DNA from: Vulcanimicrobiales bacterium
GTDB lineage: Bacteria; Vulcanimicrobiota; Vulcanimicrobiia; Vulcanimicrobiales; Vulcanimicrobiaceae
Direction: 5' to 3'
NCBI GenBank assembly: GCA_038215615.1
Contig: JBBQQR010000010.1
Span: forward strand, 1-64,000
Length of the DNA stretch: 64,000 bases
Made by a program: the position numbers and the translations under genes
Notes under the pieces: generated by a model
The model's input: only the letters and a program-made list of their open reading frames with translations
Told to the model about the DNA's origin: nothing
The model's database searches: none
Shown here: positions 36,844-46,316 of the stretch, piece by piece
Position numbering within the stretch: position 1 is the first letter of the stretch
Layout: every line of letters begins with the position of its first letter

Positions 36844-38235
36844 ATGCACGCGGTTATTTTAGCGGCCGTCGTTCTGGCGACGCCGACGCCCATTCCCGCG
36901 GCCACATCGCAGGCGTTACCGTATCCCGCGTACGGCACGCCCGCTCCGGGCGCAGCCGTGCAACGGGCCCAGCCGGGCGTTCCGGTTTCGGTTACGCTCG
37001 CGCAGTCGATTGCCATCGCGGCCGCGCGTTCGCCGATCCTTGCGATCGCGCGATCCGATTACCGTTTGACACAGCTCTCCGTTGATCTGGCGCGCACCGG
37101 ACTCTACCCGAATCTGGCCGGCACCGCTAGCGTCACGCGATCGTTCGGAGCGCGCGGCGGCAATTCGGGAGCGGTGGGCGGCGGATTCACGAGCGAAGGT
37201 CTCAACGCGACGCTTAAACAGTTTATTTTGGACGGCGGAAAAGTCATCAGCGAAATACGCCAAGCGCAATCCGGGCAATTGGCCGGCGCGGGGACCTATC
37301 AGCGTTCGCTGCAGACGCTCGCGTTCAACGTTGCGCAGGCGTACTATAACGCACTGCAAGCGGAATCCACGACAACTCTCGCCGTGCAAGTCGTGCGCCA
37401 AAACCAAGTGCAAGAAAATCTCGTGACGGCGCAAGTGCGGGCGGGAACCGCGTCACGCGTCGATCTTGCTACGGCGCAGCTTCCGACAGCTCAGGCGCGC
37501 GTCGCACTCGTGCGCGCGCAAGGCAACCAGCTTTCCGCTTTGGCCGCGTTCGCGAATCAGCTCGGTCTGGACGCCAGCGCGCTGGTCCTGCCGGTCAACG
37601 ATACGCCCGCAAATCCGGCCGCTTCGCTCCTGATGCAACAAAAGGGCGATTACGATCAAGCGGTCGCGCGCGCATTCCTGGAGCGGCCCGATTATTTGGC
37701 TGCACAATACACCGTGCAGGCGGCGGCATATAATCTGCGCGCGCAGCGTGCGGGCCTGTTGCCGACGCTGACCGGCAATGCTGCGTACGGAACGAACTCG
37801 ACGACTGCTACCGGAACGGATTTTCGCACCGGCGGAAGCGCGGGCGTCACGCTGAGCATTCCTGTCTTCGATCAAGGCGTGACGCGCGTCCAAATCGCTC
37901 AGGCCCAAACACAGGCCGACATCGCCAACAGCCAGCTGGACGAAAGCAAGCTCACCGTCGAGCTGAACGTGCGTCAAGCGCTCGTGGGACTCATCTCGGC
38001 AGAAGCCGCGGTCGGTCAGGCGCAGGCGGAGCTTTCAAAAGCAAGCGAAATCTTGCGCGCCACACAGGCGCAGTACCGCGCCGGCGTGACCACGTTGCCG
38101 CTTCTGTTAAATGCGCAGGTCGGGCTGACGCAGGCCGAAACCGACGAACTCAACGCCGTCTACGCGTTGCGCCAGGCCGAACAGACGTATCTGTTCGCGC
38201 TGGGCGAGAATGACTTGGGCGCTTCGACCTTGTAG
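36844..38235 (+). CDS. TolC-family outer-membrane efflux protein
   Basis: Two OEP repeats (NVAQAYYN; LSIPVFDQG; QYRAG). Confidence 0.9.
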   Translation: MHAVILAAVVLATPTPIPAATSQALPYPAYGTPAPGAAVQRAQPGVPVSVTLAQSIAIAAARSPILAIARSDYRLTQLSVDLARTGLYPNLAGTASVTRSFGARGGNSGAVGGGFTSEGLNATLKQFILDGGKVISEIRQAQSGQLAGAGTYQRSLQTLAFNVAQAYYNALQAESTTTLAVQVVRQNQVQENLVTAQVRAGTASRVDLATAQLPTAQARVALVRAQGNQLSALAAFANQLGLDASALVLPVNDTPANPAASLLMQQKGDYDQAVARAFLERPDYLAAQYTVQAAAYNLRAQRAGLLPTLTGNAAYGTNSTTATGTDFRTGGSAGVTLSIPVFDQGVTRVQIAQAQTQADIANSQLDESKLTVELNVRQALVGLISAEAAVGQAQAELSKASEILRATQAQYRAGVTTLPLLLNAQVGLTQAETDELNAVYALRQAEQTYLFALGENDLGASTL

Positions 38236-38244
38236 CTCGGGCGA

Positions 38245-39381
38245 ATGCCCCAAACGATCCCCGCAGCGGTTAGCGATCCGGTCAATGCCCAGGTTCTCGC
38301 TATCTCCGAAGATCGGCTCACCGGTTTTCAGGAAGATCCCTTTGGTGAGGTAGCCGCGCGCAGTGGCGTTCCCGTCGAAACGGTAATCGAGCGCGTTGGC
38401 GCCATGTTGCGCGCTGGAACGATCCGGCGCGTGCGGCAGACGCTGCTCGCGACGAGTCTGGCGCGAGGGGCACTCGTGGCTTGGCGTGTCGCTCCGGAAA
38501 AGCTCGACGCGGCTTTCGACTACATGTTTGTGAACGATCCGTTCTCCGGACACGTCGTCATCCGCACGGCAGATCCGGCGACTCCGGGGGCGTCGTATCG
38601 TTTGTGGACCACGCTCAAAGTTCCACAAGGGTATTCGCTGCGAAAGCATGCTGAGTTCTTGCAGCAAGAAGTCGGAGCCGATCACTTCCGGCTGATGCCC
38701 GCGAAGAAACTTTTTGCGCTGGGCGTCGGACATGTGCGCCGGCGCGGCATCGAGATCGGCAGCCGCGCGGGAGTTCCGGCCGAACCGATCGATACAACGA
38801 TCGTCGAGCTGAGCGATCGCGAATGGCACGTGCTGACGGCAATAAAGCGGGAATTTGCATCCGAGGAAATCGTCCGCGATCTCTGGCGCGCCCGGGCGTC
38901 GGAAGCGGGCTTGGATTTGGAAGAGTTTTACGAAGCCGGTCGCGCCTTGAACGCGCGCGGCGTCATCGGAAGGTTCTCAACTTTCCTGGAACACGTGAAG
39001 AAAACGGCCGGTGACGAACGCGTGACGCGTTATAACGCGCTTTTTCATTGGACCGTCCCAAAGGGGTGCGAACTCGACGCGGGCCGCGAAGTGGGGCGGC
39101 ATCACATCGTCACGCACGCCTATTGGCGCGAAGGTGGCCGGGAGTTTCACGATGTCAACGTCATGGCGGTTGCGCATGGCTTGGACAAGGACGTCGTGCT
39201 TGCTCACAAGGCGGCCATCGATGCCCACCTGCGGGAGGCCGGCATCGACTTCGGGTATACCAACGTCTTCTGGGGAGGACGAAGCGAAATCAAGCCGTCC
39301 GAGATATCGCCGCTTGCGTACCGCGAGTTCTGCAAAAAGCACGGACTCGATCCCGACACGATGAGAGAGGAGCCTGGATGA
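38245..39381 (+). CDS. Fused siroheme decarboxylase-like (AhbA/AhbB, NirDL type; Lrp/AsnC fold)
   Basis: Two HTH-Lrp halves; GTIRR/GVIGRF; NALFHW, VTHAYWR, VMAVAHG. Confidence 0.7.
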   Translation: MPQTIPAAVSDPVNAQVLAISEDRLTGFQEDPFGEVAARSGVPVETVIERVGAMLRAGTIRRVRQTLLATSLARGALVAWRVAPEKLDAAFDYMFVNDPFSGHVVIRTADPATPGASYRLWTTLKVPQGYSLRKHAEFLQQEVGADHFRLMPAKKLFALGVGHVRRRGIEIGSRAGVPAEPIDTTIVELSDREWHVLTAIKREFASEEIVRDLWRARASEAGLDLEEFYEAGRALNARGVIGRFSTFLEHVKKTAGDERVTRYNALFHWTVPKGCELDAGREVGRHHIVTHAYWREGGREFHDVNVMAVAHGLDKDVVLAHKAAIDAHLREAGIDFGYTNVFWGGRSEIKPSEISPLAYREFCKKHGLDPDTMREEPG

Positions 39382-41066
39382 AACGCATTCTCGCAGCCAC
39401 GATTGCCGCGGTCTTTGTTCTCGCCGGATGCAGCAAGACGGAGACGACCGGCAGCGGAACGGCGACGTCGTTTCCAAGTAACGGGGTCGCGCAAACGGTG
39501 AGCGGACCGGTGACGGGCCGAATCAACACGTTTACGGTCCCGCACGTTCTGCGTTACACGACTGCCTCGGACATCTCATCGCTCAATCCTCATCTGGCGC
39601 AGCAGACCGAGGTCGGGCTGCTTTCGTCGCTGACGATGGCGTGGCTCGTTAAATGGGACGTCAACAACAATGCGGTTCCGGAACTCGCAACGGAAGTGCC
39701 GACGCCAGAGAACGGGGGCGTTAGCAAGAACGGATTGACGATCACGTATCACCTGCGCAAAGGCGTGAAATGGTCCGACGGCGTGCCGTTCAATGCGGAC
39801 GATGTCGTTTTCTCAACCCAAGCCGTGCTGAACAAGGCAAACAACGAAGTCGGCCGCCTGGGCTGGGATCGGATAGTCAAGGTCGACGAACCCGATAAGT
39901 ACACAGTCGTCTACCACCTAAGTAAACCTTACTCGCCGTTTGTCGAAACGTTTTTCTCGAGCGCCGGCGCCAACCCGTGCGTGCTTCCCAAGCATATTCT
40001 TGGTGGTCTTCCCAATATCAACACGGCTCCGTACAACTCGCTGCCGGTCGGCATCGGCCCCTTCAAATATCAGCGTTGGGACCGCGCATCTCGCGTCGTC
40101 ATGGTTGCCAATCCGCTGTACTTCCGCGGAATGCCGAAATTACAAAAGATCGAGTTCGTGATCATTCCGGACCGTAACACCGCGTTGACGCAGATCCAAG
40201 CCAAGAGTATCGACATGTGGTATCCGGTGCCCGGAAATTATTTCGCGCGTGCGAAAGGCGCGGCCGGTTACACAATCGTTAGGCTGCCCGCTTATTATTT
40301 CAACCACCTTGATTTCAATACGTCGAGGCCGGGGCTGAGCGATCCCGTGGTCAGGCAAGCGCTCCGGTTCGCGATCGACCGTCAGACGCTGTACCACAAG
40401 GTCGCTCACAACATCGGGTATCTGCAGGAAGAACCCGCCTCGCACACGGCGCCGTACTGGGATCCGTCCATCCAACTGACGCCCTTCGACATTGCGCAGG
40501 CAAACGCGGTTCTCGACAAGGGCGGCTGGACGCGCGGCTCTGACGGTATTCGCGCCAAGAACGGGACGAAACTGGCGCTGCAAGTCGTGAGCTCGTCGGG
40601 AACGCCCGATACAAATCTGCAGATCGAATTGATCCGCAGTTGGTGGAAAGAGATCGGCGTTTCGCTGTCACTAAAAGTCTATCCGGCGGAATTGCTCTTC
40701 GCTCCGATACAGAATGGCGGTATCGTCTACGGAGGCAAGTGGGACGTGATCTTTTTCGCATGGGGTCTCGATCCGCTTGGCGACTTTTCAAGCATTTACG
40801 GGTGTGGTTCGATTCCGCCTAACGGTCAAAACGATCTCCGCTGGTGCAATAAAAAGGCCAATCAGGCCATGCTGTCACTCTACGGGCACTACGAGCAAGC
40901 GGATCGAAATAAAGACGACGCTAACGTCCAGGAAGCCCTCGCAGCAGACGTTCCGACCGTGGTTTTAACCGGCCGCGAAGACATCTTCGTCGTCAACAAA
41001 GACCTGCACAACTTCCAGCCCAACGCGGTCGCACCGTTCGATAACTTCATGAACGTCGACATTTAG
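39378..41066 (+). CDS. Peptide ABC transporter substrate-binding lipoprotein (family 5)
   Basis: Lipobox LAGC; HLRKGVKWSDG; GIGPFK; ATGA overlap start. Confidence 0.92.
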   Translation: MKRILAATIAAVFVLAGCSKTETTGSGTATSFPSNGVAQTVSGPVTGRINTFTVPHVLRYTTASDISSLNPHLAQQTEVGLLSSLTMAWLVKWDVNNNAVPELATEVPTPENGGVSKNGLTITYHLRKGVKWSDGVPFNADDVVFSTQAVLNKANNEVGRLGWDRIVKVDEPDKYTVVYHLSKPYSPFVETFFSSAGANPCVLPKHILGGLPNINTAPYNSLPVGIGPFKYQRWDRASRVVMVANPLYFRGMPKLQKIEFVIIPDRNTALTQIQAKSIDMWYPVPGNYFARAKGAAGYTIVRLPAYYFNHLDFNTSRPGLSDPVVRQALRFAIDRQTLYHKVAHNIGYLQEEPASHTAPYWDPSIQLTPFDIAQANAVLDKGGWTRGSDGIRAKNGTKLALQVVSSSGTPDTNLQIELIRSWWKEIGVSLSLKVYPAELLFAPIQNGGIVYGGKWDVIFFAWGLDPLGDFSSIYGCGSIPPNGQNDLRWCNKKANQAMLSLYGHYEQADRNKDDANVQEALAADVPTVVLTGREDIFVVNKDLHNFQPNAVAPFDNFMNVDI

Positions 41067-41067
41067 C

Positions 41068-42702
41068 GTGAACGCGGTCCGGGTTTGCGCGGCGCTCGTT
41101 TTGGGCGCCGCGCTCGCATCATGCGGCGGAAATACGGCCGGCAAAAACGCGAGCGGGCACCAGCGGCACGCCTGGACCATCCCCGGCACGTTCCGCTGGG
41201 CGGACGGCGAAGATATCGACAACCTCAATCCGCTGCTTTCCACGGAGACGCTCGTCAACGACCTATCGTCTTTTACGATGGGCTATTTCTTTTTGTTCGA
41301 CGACAAGGGCAACACGATACCGTCGCTCTGTTTGAAGGTTCCCACCAAAGCCAACGGGTTGATTTCTTCCGATGGAAAGTCGTTGACGTTTAATCTGCGT
41401 CACGGCGTGCTGTGGCACGACGGAAAACCGTTCACCTCGGCCGATGTCGCGTTTACGGTCAAGACGATCCTCGATCCCCACACGAACGTACTGACGCGCG
41501 AAGGCTGGGATCTGATTACGCGCGTCGATACGCCGGACGCCTACACGGCGATTTTCCGTTTGAAAAAACCGTACGCGGCGTTTATTAACCATTACTTCAC
41601 GCCGGTCGGCAATCCGGCCATTCTTCCCAAGCACCTACTCGAGGGCGTAGATATCAACCGCAATCCGTATAACTCGCTGCCCGTCGGCCTGGGGCCGTTC
41701 CGGTATGTGCGGTGGGCTCGCGGAAACGACGTGGTGATGGAAGCGTTTCCAAAGTGGTGGGGCGGTGCACCGAAACTCAAGCGCGTCATCTTCAAAATTA
41801 TTCCGGATGCGAACTCGGTCTTCGTCGCGCTGCAGTCGCACGCGATCGACGCCTACATACGCGTGCCCAACTCCCAGTATCAATCCGTCGCCCGGACGGC
41901 CGCGACCCGAACCATCGCGCACGACGTCACGACCTACGGGCACATCGACTTCAACCTGAAGAACCCCATGCTGGCGGATCCGCAAGTTCGCCAAGCGCTC
42001 GCGCGAGCGATTGACGTGCATCTGTTGTGGCAGAAGGTCGATCACCAAGCCGGCTACCTGGCGTGCACGCCGATTTCGCACATGAGTTGGGCCTACGATT
42101 CGAATGCGCCCTGCTATTCGTTCGATCTAAAAGCGGCCGCCTCGCAATTGGATCGCGACGGCTGGAGACTCGGATCGGATGGACTGCGTCACAAGAACGG
42201 CGCGACGCTGAACTTTGACTTTGCCGGAAACACCGGGAACCCGGGGCTCGACGCGCGCGTGCTTCTCATTCAGCAGTGGTTTAAAGCGGTCGGCGTGGGT
42301 CTCGATTACACGCGATACCCGACCAACCGTCTTTTCGCGTCGTATGCTGCGGGCGGAGTCGCTGCCACAAGGCATTACGATCTTGCTTCGTTCGCATGGA
42401 CGGTCGCGCCCGATCCGGATCTCACAAATCTCGTTGCATGCTCGCGCATCTCGCCGCTCGGACAAAACTACATGGCCTATTGCAACCGCGACGTCGACCG
42501 CGCATTACAAGACGCGCTGCTTCACTACGAGCCGGGCCGCAGGCGTGCCGATTACATTTTGATGCAAGAGCTTATGGCGCGTGACGTTCCGTTCATCGTT
42601 CTGAGCCAGCGGACCGATCACGTAACGTTCAACGACGATTTTTCAGGCATCAACCCTGGACCGCAGCTGATGTTCTGGAATCCGCAGGAAATTTCGAACT
42701 GA
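41068..42702 (+). CDS. Peptide ABC transporter substrate-binding lipoprotein (family 5)
   Basis: Lipobox LASC; LRHGVLWHDGKPFTSADV; GLGPFR. Confidence 0.92.
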   Translation: MNAVRVCAALVLGAALASCGGNTAGKNASGHQRHAWTIPGTFRWADGEDIDNLNPLLSTETLVNDLSSFTMGYFFLFDDKGNTIPSLCLKVPTKANGLISSDGKSLTFNLRHGVLWHDGKPFTSADVAFTVKTILDPHTNVLTREGWDLITRVDTPDAYTAIFRLKKPYAAFINHYFTPVGNPAILPKHLLEGVDINRNPYNSLPVGLGPFRYVRWARGNDVVMEAFPKWWGGAPKLKRVIFKIIPDANSVFVALQSHAIDAYIRVPNSQYQSVARTAATRTIAHDVTTYGHIDFNLKNPMLADPQVRQALARAIDVHLLWQKVDHQAGYLACTPISHMSWAYDSNAPCYSFDLKAAASQLDRDGWRLGSDGLRHKNGATLNFDFAGNTGNPGLDARVLLIQQWFKAVGVGLDYTRYPTNRLFASYAAGGVAATRHYDLASFAWTVAPDPDLTNLVACSRISPLGQNYMAYCNRDVDRALQDALLHYEPGRRRADYILMQELMARDVPFIVLSQRTDHVTFNDDFSGINPGPQLMFWNPQEISN

Positions 42703-44056
42703 TCCACGCCGCGTAGGCGAGCAGCGCGCAGCCCGCAAGCGATGCGCAGCGCAGCAGCGACCAGAAGGCGTTGCGTGCGAAGAGACCCGTTGCAATTTGC
42801 TCCGCGTGCCAGACTGCTGCAGCGCCCAGCCCGGAAGCCTGCAGCGGTCCCATTGCGTCGGGCCACACGGGCATGACGTTGCCACGCGCAATGAAGCCGG
42901 CGGCAATGATAAGCAGGCACGCGATAGCCGGAGCGGCCAGCGCGCGGAAACCGAAGTCGCCGCGCAGCGCGAGCAGCGCCAGCGCAAATGCGATTGTCAG
43001 CAAGAACGTTTGAATCGTTGCTTGCGGGCTTTGCGCGAGCCCGACCCAGTTTACCGCGCAGAGCAGCGCGCCGGCCATAACGAGCGGAAGCGCAAAAGGC
43101 GGCACGCGCAAAATTAGTGCAACGGCCGGTACGAACATGATGACTAAATCATGCTGGTGAAAAAAAGCGGAGCCGAACGGCACGATCGAACACGTGATGA
43201 CGAACAGCGTGAAACGGTCATCACATTTTACCATTGCGCGCAGCCAAAACAGCGTCGCTGCAATGGCGGTGAAGCCTCCGATTGCAATCGCCGTACCGGC
43301 CGAGGCGCCGAAGCCGTACGCGACGGCTGCGGGCGTGAGTTGTATCGCCGAGAATTGTTCGGCTGTTCCATGTGCGAGCAGCACCAGAGCGTACGCGAAG
43401 ATGCCGTTCGCGCTGACACCCGCGCATAACAGTCCGAACAGCGCGACGGCCGCGACTAGCGCGAGCGCCGCTTTCTTCCGGCGCATTTCTCCTGCGAGCG
43501 TCAATGCCAGGTTCGGCTGAGCGAAGGCGGCCGTTGCCGCCAGTACTTTCCCGCCGAAGTGGGTGGCAGCATAGGCGATAGCCACGGCAGCCGCGACGGG
43601 CAGCGCTATTTGTCCGAGCGCCAGAGCGTTGGTTAACGCTCCGAACCCAATCGCGGTAAGCGCGAGCGCCGTCACATTGAAGGCAGACCGCCGCATTCCA
43701 CCCAGAGGTAATGCGATCCACAGCAGCGCGAAAATCGAGAGCGCGAGGACCGCGCGCCATACGTTTGCAGCCGTGGCGTAAGGAAGGCGGGCAAATGCGG
43801 ACCAGAACGGCAACGTCGCCGGCGGTCCGACGAACGGCAGAAACTCGTATTGTTTGGTTGTGACGCCGGGGAGGGTTCGTTCGGTTTCCCAGATTCCCGT
43901 GCCGTATGGATCGCCGCCGCGCGTCCACGCCGCACCCGCGGAATAGTATGCTTCGAAATCGCGCAACGACGGCCCGGCTGCGCGATGCGGGCGCGCAATC
44001 GTGAGCGCCCCGATCACCGCCAGCCCCGCAATTACCAGTGCGGCGCAGCGCGTTAT
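42650..44056 (-). CDS. GT-C fold glycosyltransferase (GT87/DUF2029-like)
   Basis: RDFEAYY...G.DPY, PFVGPP, GQ motifs; many TM helices; start uncertain (44056-44134). Confidence 0.75.
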   Translation of the reverse strand: MTRCAALVIAGLAVIGALTIARPHRAAGPSLRDFEAYYSAGAAWTRGGDPYGTGIWETERTLPGVTTKQYEFLPFVGPPATLPFWSAFARLPYATAANVWRAVLALSIFALLWIALPLGGMRRSAFNVTALALTAIGFGALTNALALGQIALPVAAAVAIAYAATHFGGKVLAATAAFAQPNLALTLAGEMRRKKAALALVAAVALFGLLCAGVSANGIFAYALVLLAHGTAEQFSAIQLTPAAVAYGFGASAGTAIAIGGFTAIAATLFWLRAMVKCDDRFTLFVITCSIVPFGSAFFHQHDLVIMFVPAVALILRVPPFALPLVMAGALLCAVNWVGLAQSPQATIQTFLLTIAFALALLALRGDFGFRALAAPAIACLLIIAAGFIARGNVMPVWPDAMGPLQASGLGAAAVWHAEQIATGLFARNAFWSLLRCASLAGCALLAYAAWISSKFPADSRTSAAVQG

Positions 44057-44949
44057 GCGTGGGTCGATGGCATTCCCGCGCCGTGTGTGACCGTCATGAG
44101 ATAGAAAAGCGCAAACAGTGTAGCGAGATACCACGCTCCGACGCGAATTCTGCCCGCCGTCGTCATCGTCGCGAAACGCGGATCTTTATGGCCGCGCCAG
44201 CCCGCGATTGCGCTCGGCAGAGCGAGTGCGGCAAACAGGATGACGAAGAAGAGAGAAATATGAAGGGTGAGCGCGAGGCCCAGGAAGACCACGAACCCGA
44301 CCACCCAAAGCACCGGAGAGAGCGCGCCCGCGATACGTCCGCCGTCGAACGGCATAACCGGAATCATGTTAAAAAGATTGAGGAACGCTCCGACGTAGGC
44401 GGCCATAAACCAAAACGGTTGATGGGTTTCCAAAGCAAACACGTAACACACGACTGCTACGCCTAAACCTGTGAGCGGCCCGGCGAGCGCGATATAAGCG
44501 TCGTGTTCGAGCGATTCGGGAACACCGCCCACGGTGTAGGCACCGATGAAGGGAATGAACATCGGCAAGCGCGCGGGCAATCCATAATTTCGGATCGTGA
44601 AGTAGTGCCCCAGCTCGTGCGCGAGAATCATCAGCACGAAGACCAGCGCGAACTTCCAACCCCAGAAAATCCCGTAGAGCCAGATCGAGAGGAACATCGA
44701 TCCGCCGAACTTCAAAATCAAAAACAGCGCTTTGAAATTAAACAGGACCAGCAGCAGCGATTTGAATTTCAGCAGGATAGCGCCGATGCCGAGGCCGGCG
44801 GCGCCGATGCCCTCGGCGGTTTTCTTGGCGCGCTCTTTCTTGGCGTCGGGCGGAACGTAATCCACGTCGTACGCGCGGTTTTCCGGCCGCTCCGCGCTAA
44901 ATCCCGAGGCCCACGGATTTTTCGGCGGCTTTTTCCCTTCGTCGTCCAC
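44053..44949 (-). CDS. Site-2 protease (M50)
   Basis: HELGH, ALAGP, NMIPVMPFDGG. Confidence 0.92.
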   Translation of the reverse strand: MDDEGKKPPKNPWASGFSAERPENRAYDVDYVPPDAKKERAKKTAEGIGAAGLGIGAILLKFKSLLLVLFNFKALFLILKFGGSMFLSIWLYGIFWGWKFALVFVLMILAHELGHYFTIRNYGLPARLPMFIPFIGAYTVGGVPESLEHDAYIALAGPLTGLGVAVVCYVFALETHQPFWFMAAYVGAFLNLFNMIPVMPFDGGRIAGALSPVLWVVGFVVFLGLALTLHISLFFVILFAALALPSAIAGWRGHKDPRFATMTTAGRIRVGAWYLATLFALFYLMTVTHGAGMPSTHA

Positions 44950-44999
44950 GGAGGCTCCTTCTACGATGACAACGCCGGTTCTTAGCGGAAGAGAACGGC

Positions 45000-46313
45000 G
45001 TGATCCGCATCGTTATTTTGGGTGGCGGTTTTGCGGCGATCGGCGCGGCCCAGCGGCTAGAGCGCATCTTGCGGCCCGAGCATGCCGAATTAACGCTGAT
45101 CAGCCGGGAGAATTTCTCGCTCTTTACGCCGATGCTGCCCGAAGTGAGCTCGGGCGCGCTCGGCACGCGCGACATCGTGACGCCGATTCGAGCGCAACTG
45201 CGGCGCACGCATTTCGTTTTGGCCGACGTCACGGGCGTCGATGTTTCGAAACGCGAAGTGTCTTACGCGCATACGTTGACCGGCGTGACGGAACGGATTG
45301 GTTACGATCAACTCGTGATAACGACCGGCGCCTCGACTTCAACCTTCGGGTTGCCGGGCATCGCGGAGCGCGTCTTCGCGCTCAAGACGTTGGAAGATGC
45401 CGCCATCTTACGGAACCGCTTCATTTGGCTGCTCGAACTTGCCGACGACGCCGGCGAGGTCGAACGTAAGAAGTTACTGACGCTGGTGGTCGTCGGCGGC
45501 GGTTTCACGGGCGTCGAGACGACGGGCGAGATGGCCGAGCTCTTTCGCAACGTCGAGCGCTTTTATCCGCACGTGCGGGCGGGCGACGTGCGCATCGTCT
45601 TGATCGAAGGCGGTGCGACGCTGCTGCCCGGGCTTCCGGCGCGCATGGGATCGTATGCCGAGAAATTTCTGCGCAAACGCGGCGTCGAGGTCGTAACGGG
45701 CGACGGCGTGCGCCGCGCCGACGACGAAGGGATCGAATTGATAAGCGGCCGGCGGATCGAAACGCGCACAATCGTGTGGAGCGCCGGCATAAAACCGCGC
45801 GTGCTCGCCGGCGCCGAGGCGCTACCTCGCGCGAAAAATGGCGCGATTCTCGTAAATGCCGACATGAGCGTTCCGGGTTTTACCGGTATTTGGGCGTGCG
45901 GCGACTGCGCTGCGGTACCGGATGGAACGGGCAAGTTTTATCCCCCCACCGCGCAGCATGCGATCCGCGAAGCCCCGCTGCTCGCCCAGAATGTGGTTGC
46001 GGCGATGCGGGGAGAAGCGACGCGGCCATTCCAGTACACGTCGCTCGGCATGATGGCTTCGCTGGGTGCGCGCAAAGCGGTCGCGCAGCTGCCCGGCGAC
46101 CGGGTGCTGACCGGTTTTCTTGCGTGGTTCCTCTGGCGGACGTACTACTTGGCCCGTCTGCCGGGGTTGGATCGCAAGCTGCGCGTCGCATTCGACTGGA
46201 CGCTCGAACTGCTCTTCCCGCGCGACATCTCCGAACTTCGTGTCTACACGCGGCGCGCGCAGTCCAGCGCGGCAGCGGACGCGGGGCTTCTCCCGCGCGA
46301 CGAGAATCCGTAA
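45000..46313 (+). CDS. ndh: Type II NADH dehydrogenase-like FAD oxidoreductase
   Basis: GGGFAA, FTPMLPEV, GGGFTGVE, WSAG, GD, PPTAQHA. Confidence 0.88.
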   Translation: MIRIVILGGGFAAIGAAQRLERILRPEHAELTLISRENFSLFTPMLPEVSSGALGTRDIVTPIRAQLRRTHFVLADVTGVDVSKREVSYAHTLTGVTERIGYDQLVITTGASTSTFGLPGIAERVFALKTLEDAAILRNRFIWLLELADDAGEVERKKLLTLVVVGGGFTGVETTGEMAELFRNVERFYPHVRAGDVRIVLIEGGATLLPGLPARMGSYAEKFLRKRGVEVVTGDGVRRADDEGIELISGRRIETRTIVWSAGIKPRVLAGAEALPRAKNGAILVNADMSVPGFTGIWACGDCAAVPDGTGKFYPPTAQHAIREAPLLAQNVVAAMRGEATRPFQYTSLGMMASLGARKAVAQLPGDRVLTGFLAWFLWRTYYLARLPGLDRKLRVAFDWTLELLFPRDISELRVYTRRAQSSAAADAGLLPRDENP

Positions 46314-46316
46314 AAC

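Noticed and set aside
39048..39377. N-terminal extension of the SBP in the ORF track
   Set aside because: It overlaps the upstream gene; the lipoprotein signal starts at ATG 39378 after GAGGAG
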